This document shows positions 19,280 through 27,493 of a stretch of 64,000 nucleotides of DNA, piece after piece (the first letter of the stretch is position 1; every line of letters starts with the position of its first letter). Below the pieces are notes generated by a model. The model worked only from the letters and a program-made list of their open reading frames with translations. It was not told the DNA's origin and did no database searches. A program made the position numbers and the translations under genes. This DNA is from Armatimonadota bacterium (lineage in GTDB: Bacteria; Armatimonadota; Zipacnadia; Zipacnadales; UBA5352), in contig JBNJEK010000001.1 of the NCBI GenBank assembly GCA_051745855.1, positions 9,683-73,682 on the forward strand, written 5' to 3'.

Positions 19280-20619
19280 ATGAATACGATGCGCCGCGAG
19301 GCCGGTGGGCGGTCGTTGTTACGCTGCTGATCGCAGCTGCTCTGGTCGTGATCGCGATGACGGCATCCTGCCAGCAGCAGACCGATGCGCAGGCGCCGGC
19401 CGCCGCCGCGGACGCGCCGCCGCTTCCCGCCGAGGTCACGGAGGCTCCCGCCGACCGCTGGGCGCGATTCCGTGGATCGGTGGGCTCCGGCGTCGCGCAA
19501 TTTGACGAACTGCCGACCGTCTGGGATGCGCAGACCGGCGAGGGCATCGCGTGGCGCACCGAACTGCCGCTCCCGGGTGCGAACTCCCCGATCATCTGGC
19601 AGGACCGTCTCTTCGTCACCGGGGCGGACGAGCACCGGCGCGAGGTGTACTGCCTTGACCCGCATACCGGCGAGCGCGTGTGGACGGTGCCGGTCGCGGA
19701 GGGCGAGGACTGGCCTGTAGAGCGCATGCACGGCATGACCGGCCATGCGGCGCCGACCGGAGCGACTGACGGTGAGCGCTTCTACGCCTCGTTCCCGACC
19801 GGACATGTGCTCGCGGTTGATCTCGATGGGAACCCCGCGTGGGAGCGGTGGTTTGACTTCAGCGAGGATATCTACGGTCGGGCGACGTCGCTGGTGCTGC
19901 ATGACGGACTGCTCTTCGTGCAGATCGACCTCGGCAAGCCGGACATCGGCGCATCGCACCTGGTGGCGCTCGACAGCGCGACGGGGGAGACCGTGTGGGA
20001 GATCGACCGGCCGGTGCAGGGGTCGTGGACCACGCCGATCGTCATCGACATCGGGGAGCGCGAGGAGATTGTCACGAGCGCAAAGCCGTGGGTGATCGCC
20101 TACGATCCGACCACCGGCGAGGAGTACTGGCGCGCGCGGTGCATCGAAGGCGACTCGGCGCCGTCACCGATCTACGCGAACGGGCGCATCTACGTGGCGA
20201 ACATCTACGCGGAACTGACCGCGATCATCCCGGGTGGCAGCGGGGACGTCACCGAGACGCACATCGACTGGTCGGTGCGCGGGCAATTTCCTGACATCAC
20301 CAGTCCGCTGAGCGACGGCGAACGTGTCTGGACGCTGCACACAAGCGGCGTGCTCGGATGCTACGACGCCGACAGCGGTGAGGAGCAGTACGTGGAGCGT
20401 CTCGGATCGCGCTTCCGCGCGTCACCGTCGCTGGTGGGGGACAGGGTCTATCTGATCGGCGAATCGGGGGAGAGCAGCGTCATCTCCGCGGGCCGCGAGT
20501 TTGAGCAACTCGGCAGCGGGAGCTTCGGTGAAGACGTTCATTCCACGCCCTCGTTCGCGCACGGGAGGATGTATGTGCGGGGGATCGAGCATCTCTTCTG
20601 CGTGGGCTCCGGGGATTGA
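19276..20619 (+). CDS. PQQ-like beta-propeller repeat lipoprotein (BamB-like)
   Basis: Its ATG overlaps the upstream stop (ATGA). It has a lipoprotein signal (LIAAALVVIAMTAS-C) and repeated PQQ/beta-propeller blades. Confidence 0.8.
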   Translation: MNEYDAPRGRWAVVVTLLIAAALVVIAMTASCQQQTDAQAPAAAADAPPLPAEVTEAPADRWARFRGSVGSGVAQFDELPTVWDAQTGEGIAWRTELPLPGANSPIIWQDRLFVTGADEHRREVYCLDPHTGERVWTVPVAEGEDWPVERMHGMTGHAAPTGATDGERFYASFPTGHVLAVDLDGNPAWERWFDFSEDIYGRATSLVLHDGLLFVQIDLGKPDIGASHLVALDSATGETVWEIDRPVQGSWTTPIVIDIGEREEIVTSAKPWVIAYDPTTGEEYWRARCIEGDSAPSPIYANGRIYVANIYAELTAIIPGGSGDVTETHIDWSVRGQFPDITSPLSDGERVWTLHTSGVLGCYDADSGEEQYVERLGSRFRASPSLVGDRVYLIGESGESSVISAGREFEQLGSGSFGEDVHSTPSFAHGRMYVRGIEHLFCVGSGD

Positions 20620-20676
20620 GAAAGCGAGCGGAACGGCCGTGAAGCCGCCCCGCTCGTGGTTTGCATGTCGCAGCAT

Positions 20677-20922
20677 CTACGCCGGCTTCTGCGGCGCCCA
20701 CTCGTGTCCGCATTTCCAGCACTTGATCTGCTCGCCCCAGGTCTCAACGCGATTCTCGGCCTCGCAGTCGGGGCACACGGCGATCTGTGTGTCGCCATCT
20801 TCCGGCGGACCAGTGACAGTCGCAGAATCTTCCTCAGTCGAGCAACCCACGCCTGCAATTGCACCGAGACCCACCAGCAGGCCCCCGGCCCCGACGAGCC
20901 TTACAAACTCGCGGCGATCCAT
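20677..20922 (-). CDS. Small Tat-signal zinc-ribbon protein (81 aa)
   Basis: It begins with RREFVRLVGAGGLL, a twin-arginine-like signal. A CxxC...CxxC ribbon follows (CPDCEAEN...CWKCGH). GAGGTGGAG lies upstream. Confidence 0.5.
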   Translation of the reverse strand: MDRREFVRLVGAGGLLVGLGAIAGVGCSTEEDSATVTGPPEDGDTQIAVCPDCEAENRVETWGEQIKCWKCGHEWAPQKPA

Positions 20923-21006
20923 CGGACATCACTCCACCTCTCATGAAAGTCATCCCATCCCCCGGTGTGCTGACGTTCCGCACTCGCGAAGGTTCTGCCC
21001 GCCGGT

Positions 21007-21762
21007 CTATCTCAGCGCCGAGTGAATCAGCATCCCAGAGGCGATCAGCAGCACCGCGTAGAGGATGCGGCGGAAGATCGCTTCATCAACGCGGTAGTGC
21101 GCGAAGGTGCCGAGGATCAGGCCCGCGATCATGAACGGCGCGCACCAGCCTGCCAGCGTCAGCACCTCCGCGGTGAGGCGCCCCGAAGCCGCCCACTGGC
21201 CGATCAGGATCGTGTTCAGCACCAGCCACAGCAGGCTCATTGTCACGCGGAAGAGCGACTTATCCGGGAGGGCCCGGGCGCAATACACCACGAGCACCGG
21301 CCCGCCTGAGCCGAACGCGCCGTGCACGGCGCCTCCCAGGGGAAGGAGCGCGGTGATCCCGCGGCCCTTCCAGCCGCTGAGGCCACCGTCCTCGGCGCAG
21401 GGGGGATGCGGATGCGCGAGGCCGTGGACGCTGACGATGCCGGTGAACACGCCGAGGACGAGCTTCAGCGGGTTTTCGGGCAGATGCTCCGCCATCACGA
21501 TCCCGACCGGCAGGCCGATGACCACGAACGCGAGGAGCTTGCCGAATGCCGCCCAGTTGATGTGCCCACGGGCCTCGATGACGATGAAAGCCGCCAGCAG
21601 CCACGCCTGCATCACCAGCACCGGCACCGCGACCTCCAGGCCGATCAGCAGTGTGACAAAAGGCAGCGCGAGAACCGTCGCGCCAAAGCCGGTGATCGAC
21701 CCCTGGAAGTTCGTCAGGAAGACGACCAGGAAGATTAGCCCGAGCCGCGCCGCCTCGCTCAC
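21007..21762 (-). CDS. TSUP family (TauE/SafE) sulfite/sulfonate exporter
   Basis: It is a polytopic membrane protein with the TauE/SafE duplication pattern. Its GTG start lies 7 bp after the rpiB-like stop. Confidence 0.85.
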   Translation of the reverse strand: MSEAARLGLIFLVVFLTNFQGSITGFGATVLALPFVTLLIGLEVAVPVLVMQAWLLAAFIVIEARGHINWAAFGKLLAFVVIGLPVGIVMAEHLPENPLKLVLGVFTGIVSVHGLAHPHPPCAEDGGLSGWKGRGITALLPLGGAVHGAFGSGGPVLVVYCARALPDKSLFRVTMSLLWLVLNTILIGQWAASGRLTAEVLTLAGWCAPFMIAGLILGTFAHYRVDEAIFRRILYAVLLIASGMLIHSALR

Positions 21763-21768
21763 AGGTGC

Positions 21769-22269
21769 CTACTCGAGCGTCTCGAGGTCGCGATCGGTGG
21801 CCTCGTCGCCGCGGGCAGCGATCTCGTCGCGGGCCTCCGCCCAGAAGTCGAGTACATCCTGCGGGATGCCCTCGACATCCTGGAACTTCTCGGTCAGGAA
21901 GACCTCCGCCATCCGCTTGCCCTGGTCGGGCGTGACGAGGCTCTCGCCCATGCACATGCAGTTCGCATCATTGACCCACCGCACGAACTCCGCCGCCATC
22001 ACGCTCTCGCAGGAGACCGCGCAGACGCCCCTGAACTTGTTCGCGGCGAGGCTCATTCCCGTGCCGCTGCCGCAGCAGAGGATCGCCCGGTCGGCCTTAT
22101 CCTGCTGGAGCACCCACGCGGCACGCTCGGCGATGGACGGGAACTTGACGAACGTGTCGAAGTCATACGCGCCCACGTCAATGTATTCATATTCGTTCTG
22201 CTCCAGCCACTCGACGATGGCGTTCTTGAGCAGAAGTCCCTTGACGACCGATCCGACGACAACTTTCAT
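21769..22269 (-). CDS. rpiB: RpiB/LacA/LacB family sugar-phosphate isomerase
   Basis: The CCGSGTGMSLAANK active-site motif is present. It lies 5 bp downstream of the transketolase C-subunit gene. Confidence 0.85.
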   Translation of the reverse strand: MKVVVGSVVKGLLLKNAIVEWLEQNEYEYIDVGAYDFDTFVKFPSIAERAAWVLQQDKADRAILCCGSGTGMSLAANKFRGVCAVSCESVMAAEFVRWVNDANCMCMGESLVTPDQGKRMAEVFLTEKFQDVEGIPQDVLDFWAEARDEIAARGDEATDRDLETLE

Positions 22270-22273
22270 GGCG

Positions 22274-23215
22274 CTAACCCTCTCTGCAGGCCTGCTTGAT
22301 GTGCTCGACGTTCATCTCGTGTTTGTCCAGCAGATACTGCTCGGTCGCGACCTCGCCGAACTGATCGTTCACGCCGAGGCGCGTCACGCGCGTCGGCATC
22401 TTCTCCGACAGCACTTCGCACGCCGCCCCGCCGAGGCCGCCGATCACGCTCTGATTCTCCACGGTCACCACGTGCCCGGTCGTCGCCGCCGATTCCAGCA
22501 GGCTGTCCTCGTCGAAGGGCTTGACGGACGCGTAGTGAAAGTGATCGACCGCCACGCCGTCGTCCTCGAGTTCGGCCACCGCCTGCTGCGCGAACTGCGT
22601 CATCCATCCAGTGCTGATCAGTGTCGCCGCGTCCCCCTCGCTCATGCGCACCGCGGTCGCGGGGTCGAACGCGTAGTCGTGGTCGAAGATCTGCGGCTGC
22701 GTGGGGCGGATCATCTGCATGTACATCGGGCCCTCGTGCTCGGCCATCCAGCGGACGCATGAGGCAAGCTCGTACACATCGCACGGAGAGAAGACGGTCA
22801 TGTTCGGCATCGCGCGCATGATCGCGAGATCCTGAAAGCACATGTGCGTGCCACCGTTGGCGCCGGTGGTGATGCCCGGCGCAGTGCCGACGATCTTCAC
22901 GTTCGCGTCGGCGTAGGCCACGGAGATCGTGATCGCGTCGTAGACCCGGCGGGTCGCGAAGGGCGTGAAGCTCGCGCAGAAGGGGATGAATCCCTCCACG
23001 GCCATCCCAGCGCCGATGCCGATCATGTTCGCCTCCGCCACGCCGGTGTCGATGAACCGATCCGGATGCGCTTCAGAGAACGTCGGGATCGTCCCGGAGG
23101 CTTTCCCGAGATCGGCCTCGATGACGGCGATGTTCGGATTACTGTCCGCAAGGTCCACCAGCGTCAGCGCGTAGACGTTGCGCATCTCAAGTTCGTGAAG
23201 CGGAATGTCAGTCAT
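22274..23215 (-). CDS. Transketolase, C-terminal (pyrimidine-binding) subunit of a split enzyme
   Basis: The transketolase Pyr domain (GIAEANMIGIGAGMA) and C-terminal domain are present. Confidence 0.9.
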   Translation of the reverse strand: MTDIPLHELEMRNVYALTLVDLADSNPNIAVIEADLGKASGTIPTFSEAHPDRFIDTGVAEANMIGIGAGMAVEGFIPFCASFTPFATRRVYDAITISVAYADANVKIVGTAPGITTGANGGTHMCFQDLAIMRAMPNMTVFSPCDVYELASCVRWMAEHEGPMYMQMIRPTQPQIFDHDYAFDPATAVRMSEGDAATLISTGWMTQFAQQAVAELEDDGVAVDHFHYASVKPFDEDSLLESAATTGHVVTVENQSVIGGLGGAACEVLSEKMPTRVTRLGVNDQFGEVATEQYLLDKHEMNVEHIKQACREG

Positions 23216-23218
23216 CTC

Positions 23219-24076
23219 TCACTCCACCTCGTAGGGAAGCTCATAATCCTGACAATCGAGGGCGCACATGTACTTCTCAAAATCCTCAGCGTCGCCCACC
23301 TTGATGTTGTGACTCTCCGGCCGATCCTGCACCACCGCGCAGCCGCGTGCCTTCGTGGTGTGTGCGATGATCATGACCGGCCCGCCCTCGAATTCGCGCG
23401 CGGCTTTGACGGTGTCGTGGATGTCATCCCAGTCGTGACCGTCCATCTCCATCACTTCCCAGTTGAACGAGCGCCACTTGTCCGCCAGCGGCTCAAGCGT
23501 CACGACCTCGTCGGTCCTGCCGTCGATCTGCAGCTTGTTGTAATCCGTGATGCCGATGAGGTTGCTCAGCCTGTTGTGACCGGCGAACATCGCCGCCTCC
23601 CAGACCATCCCCTCATCACTCTCACCGTCGCCGACGATGCAGTACACATCGTGACTCTGCCCGCGGATGCGCGCCGCCAGCGCAAAGCCGCAGGCCGCCG
23701 ACATCCCCTGCCCGAGCGAACCGGCGGTCATGTCGATGCCCGTGGTGAGCAGCCGGTCGCAGTGGCTGGGAAGGTTCGTCCCGTTCTCATTGATCGTCTT
23801 GAGCTCTTCCTTCGGGAAGAACCCCTGGTAGGCCAGCGCGACGTAAAGCACCGGTCCCGCGTGGCCCTTGGACATGATCAGGCGGTCGCGTTCCTCCCAC
23901 TGCGGATTGTCGGGGTCGAACTTCATGATCCGCCAGTAAAGACTGATCACCGTCTCCACGAGGCTCAACGAGCCACCGAGGTGGCCCGAGCCGGAGCGGC
24001 AGATCATGTCCGTGATGACGTAGCGAAACTCACCCGCCAGGTCATCGAACGCTTCGCGGTCGAATGCTTCGCTCAT
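23219..24076 (-). CDS. Transketolase, N-terminal (TPP-binding) subunit of a split enzyme
   Basis: The TPP-binding motif GDGESDEG and HLGGSLS are present. Confidence 0.9.
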   Translation of the reverse strand: MSEAFDREAFDDLAGEFRYVITDMICRSGSGHLGGSLSLVETVISLYWRIMKFDPDNPQWEERDRLIMSKGHAGPVLYVALAYQGFFPKEELKTINENGTNLPSHCDRLLTTGIDMTAGSLGQGMSAACGFALAARIRGQSHDVYCIVGDGESDEGMVWEAAMFAGHNRLSNLIGITDYNKLQIDGRTDEVVTLEPLADKWRSFNWEVMEMDGHDWDDIHDTVKAAREFEGGPVMIIAHTTKARGCAVVQDRPESHNIKVGDAEDFEKYMCALDCQDYELPYEVE

Positions 24077-24085
24077 AGAATCTCC

Positions 24086-25213
24086 TCAGAGCATCCGTCG
24101 GTAGATCCCGGCGAGTTGCTCGGGCGTGACCTCGCGCGGGTTGTTCTCCATCAGCGGGTGGAAGCTGCCCTCGACGAGCACCGGGATGTCGTCCGTGGTG
24201 ACGCCGAAGTCAGACAGCCGCGTGGGCAGGCCGGACCTCGCCTTCATCGCCGCGAACGCGTCCGCCATCTGCGCCATGGTCTCAAAGCCTCCGGCCCGTG
24301 CGAGGCGTTCGCCTCGCCCACCCATCGCGGGCGCGTTGAAGCGCATGAAGTGATCGAGCGTTAGCGCGCACGCCGTTCCGTGCGGGAGATGATAGGTGGC
24401 GGAGAACGGGAACGAGCAGGCGTGGACGGCCGCGTTCTTGGGCGCCTGAAAGGCCATCCCGCCCAGCAGCGCGGCCAGCGACATCCCCTCGCGCGCGGCC
24501 AGGTCGGAACCATCCTGCATTACCCGGGGCATGTGCTCAAAGAAGAGCCGCACGGCCTCCAGCGCAAGCGCGTCGGAGATCGGGTTGTGATTGCGCGACC
24601 AGTAGCCCTCGACCGCGTGCGCGAGTGCGTCGAAGCCCGTCGAGGCGGTGACTTTCGGCGGCATCGACTCCGTCAGAGCCGGGTCCACCAGCGCCACCGC
24701 CGGGAAAAAGTTGTCATGTACCAGCGGCGCCTTGACTCCCTTCTCAGGGTCATCGAGCACCGCGATCGGCGTGACCTCACTGCCCGTGCCGGCGGTGGTC
24801 GGGATCGCGATCAGCGGAAGGTGGCGCTCGTCGAGCGCGCCGCCCTCTGAATGATACTTCCGCGCCGGACCGCCCTGCTGTGAGACCGATCCGGCGGCCT
24901 TGGCGCAATCAAGCGAGCTTCCGCCGCCGGCCGCCACCAGCAGATCGGCGTCATGCTCGCGGATCTGCTCACTCAGCGCGTCCACCATCTCCACCGTCGG
25001 ATTCGGCTCGATGTCGGCAAAGACGGGGGTGTCGGCAGGCAGGCGCTCGCGCAGGTCCTCGATGATCGGCAGCTCTGCGAGGCCGCTGTCCGTCACGAGG
25101 ACCGGCCGCCTGCCCAGCGTCTGCGTGATCCCCGGCAGTGTAATCCGTGCGCCTCTGCCGAAGTGGATCTCGGTGGGGTCCGCGAATCTCCAGACATCAG
25201 CGGTCGCTGCCAT
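24086..25213 (-). CDS. Iron-containing (group III) alcohol dehydrogenase
   Basis: The Fe-ADH fold is recognisable (AAGGGSSLDCAKA, metal-site His residues). It is the first gene of the minus-strand operon. Confidence 0.9.
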   Translation of the reverse strand: MAATADVWRFADPTEIHFGRGARITLPGITQTLGRRPVLVTDSGLAELPIIEDLRERLPADTPVFADIEPNPTVEMVDALSEQIREHDADLLVAAGGGSSLDCAKAAGSVSQQGGPARKYHSEGGALDERHLPLIAIPTTAGTGSEVTPIAVLDDPEKGVKAPLVHDNFFPAVALVDPALTESMPPKVTASTGFDALAHAVEGYWSRNHNPISDALALEAVRLFFEHMPRVMQDGSDLAAREGMSLAALLGGMAFQAPKNAAVHACSFPFSATYHLPHGTACALTLDHFMRFNAPAMGGRGERLARAGGFETMAQMADAFAAMKARSGLPTRLSDFGVTTDDIPVLVEGSFHPLMENNPREVTPEQLAGIYRRML

Positions 25214-25454
25214 GTTGGCTCCCCTGCCCTCTTCTATGCCGTGCGCCTGGCTGTCATCAGGTTCCCCGCCCGCCTCCCGATGCCCTTCCGCGCCGCCTCG
25301 CCAGCTGCGGTTTCCCCGCCCCTCGCAAGCTTTCCGACAGGTTTCGCGTCACTTTGCAGGTCCCCGCGTCTTTTCGTGGAAACAATCGAATGCGTGTTGC
25401 TGACTCGTGGTGGCGATCGCCGCCATTTCAGGATCCGCCCGGGAGGGTCATGCG

Positions 25455-26633
25455 ATGGATCAGATCAATGTTGGGCTCGTCGGCTACAACTTCATGGGCC
25501 GCGCACACTCCAATGCCTACCGCCAGGTGCCGTTTTTCTTCCCCGAGCTTGAAGCTGAGCCGGTGATGAAGGTGCTCTGCGGAAGGACGAAGGAGCGCGT
25601 GGACGCCTGCGCTGAGCAGTTCGGGTGGGAGGAGACCGTCTACGACGTCGATGACCTCCTCGCCCGCGACGATATCGACCTCGTTGATATCACTGCGCCG
25701 AACAACCAGCACGCCGAACTGGCCATCAAGGCCGCCGAGGCGGGCAAGCACGTGTTCTGCGAAAAGCCACTCGCGACCAGCGTCGAGGACGGCGAGCGGA
25801 TGGTCAAGGCCGTCCAGGACGCCGGCGTCATCCACATGATCTGCCACAACTACCGCCGCGCGCCCGCGATCTCGCTTGCGAAGAAGATGATCGACAATGG
25901 CGACCTCGGCGAGATCTACCACTGGCGCTCGCTCTACCTGCAGGACTGGCTGATGCCGCCGGAGGTCCCGATGATGTGGCGCGTGCGCAAGGAGATCGCG
26001 GGCTCCGGCTCGCTGGGCGATCTGATGGCCCACTCGATCGACCTCGCGCTCTGGATGCTGGGCGACATTGAGTCACTCGCCTGCACCATGGAGACCTTCA
26101 TCGAGGAGCGCCCGAAGATGGAGAGCTTCGACACCGGACTCGGCGGAAGGGCCTCCGAGGACGCCGAGATGGGCACCGTGGACGTGGACGACGGCGTCGT
26201 TGCGCTCTGCCGCTTCGCCAACGGCGCACTCGGAACGATGGAGGCCACGCGTTTCGCGGCCGGCCACAAGAATTACAACTGGTTCGAGGTCAACGGCTCG
26301 AAGGGCTCGATCCGCTTCAACCTTGAGCGCATGAACGAGCTTGAGTACTACGACTGCGAGGATCCCGGCGACCGCACCGGTTTCCGCCTGATCCAGGCGA
26401 CAGACGACTCGCACCCGTACATGGGCCTGCCTGATGAGGGCGGCCCGCGCTACTGGCCGGTGGCGCATATCATCGGCTACGAGCACACCTTCATCAACAC
26501 GGTCTTCGACCTCTGCCAGGGCATCGCGAAGAATGAGCAGCCGTGGCCGAGCTTCGAGGACGGCCTGCGCACCCAGAAGGTCCTCGCGGCCTGTGAACTG
26601 GCCTCCGATGACGGGATGTGGGTGGAAGTGTGA
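25455..26633 (+). CDS. Gfo/Idh/MocA family oxidoreductase
   Basis: It begins MDQINVGLVGYNFMGRAHS, with EKPLATSVEDG. GGGAGGG lies 7 nt upstream. Confidence 0.9.
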   Translation: MDQINVGLVGYNFMGRAHSNAYRQVPFFFPELEAEPVMKVLCGRTKERVDACAEQFGWEETVYDVDDLLARDDIDLVDITAPNNQHAELAIKAAEAGKHVFCEKPLATSVEDGERMVKAVQDAGVIHMICHNYRRAPAISLAKKMIDNGDLGEIYHWRSLYLQDWLMPPEVPMMWRVRKEIAGSGSLGDLMAHSIDLALWMLGDIESLACTMETFIEERPKMESFDTGLGGRASEDAEMGTVDVDDGVVALCRFANGALGTMEATRFAAGHKNYNWFEVNGSKGSIRFNLERMNELEYYDCEDPGDRTGFRLIQATDDSHPYMGLPDEGGPRYWPVAHIIGYEHTFINTVFDLCQGIAKNEQPWPSFEDGLRTQKVLAACELASDDGMWVEV

Positions 26634-27043
26634 GGAGAGCGGCCAGTCGCCAGCGGCCGCCTACCAGCGAACGGCTGGACGGCCGGGAGCGCGTCGTCCC
26701 GTCGTGCCGTTTAGCCGTTGTCGTTGTGGCCCCGGCGCCCTCGCCGGGGGGGCGTTGCAGGCGTAGCCGTCTGCCGTTCTGGAGGGGCCGGAGAGGGCGA
26801 GATGCCGTTTATCTCGCCCGACGCCGGCCCGGCCGTTCGCCGTAGTCGTTGTCGTCCCGCCGAACGACAAACGGCCGGGCGCAGGCGGAACCACCGGCGT
26901 CGCCGCCCTCGCAAACGGCGCGAGGGCGTGCTCTCCGGCCCCTCCAAACGGCTGGACAAACGACGTGTAACACACCCATCCCGGGCGCCGCGGGGTCCGC
27001 GCCCGATAAAACGACATCCGATCCCTGGAGAGGAGCCGCCCAA

Positions 27044-27187
27044 GTGACCTGGGGGACGGCGATACTGCTCGTGTTCGGAATCTTCATCGTGCTGGGAATC
27101 ATCTTCGGCATCATTGCGCCGAGATTGATGCGTCTCGGAAAGAAGAAACGTGGCCCGTCCGACCGAGGGTTCAAAAGGGAGGAGTAG
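27044..27187 (+). CDS. Small single-TM membrane peptide (47 aa)
   Basis: It has a GTG start with GGAGAGGAG 8 nt upstream. The product is a hydrophobic helix followed by a basic tail (RLMRLGKKKRG). Confidence 0.35.
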   Translation: MTWGTAILLVFGIFIVLGIIFGIIAPRLMRLGKKKRGPSDRGFKREE

Positions 27188-27214
27188 CCGCAGGCAGTCG
27201 GGAGGAACTGGACC

Positions 27215-27421
27215 GTGAGCCGGCGCTGGATACTCGCACTCCTAATCGTCTGGATGGCGGTGCGTCTGGTCTGGTACGTGCCATTGCTGCTGGGAGTGCA
27301 GCAGCCGTCCCCGGCGGCCCTCACTCTCATCATGGCCGTGCTGGACGTACTTGTCTTCATCGTGGTCGTTGCCCACCTGATCCGCTCCGCTGTCGCCCCG
27401 CGATCCGACGGCAGCGAGTAA
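27215..27421 (+). CDS. Small two-TM membrane protein (68 aa)
   Basis: It has a GTG start with GGGAGGA 8 nt upstream and two hydrophobic segments. Confidence 0.4.
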   Translation: MSRRWILALLIVWMAVRLVWYVPLLLGVQQPSPAALTLIMAVLDVLVFIVVVAHLIRSAVAPRSDGSE

Positions 27422-27493
27422 CCTGAACACGGGACCCGTCAAAGGATCCAAACCAACCTTCGTGTCGCTCAATACTGAGGGAGGAGCACAGTC

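Noticed and set aside
22274-24076. Calling the split transketolase a pseudogenised (frameshifted) single tkt
   Set aside because: The two halves have their own start and stop with a 3-bp gap and intact domain boundaries. This is the common two-subunit arrangement, not a frameshift.
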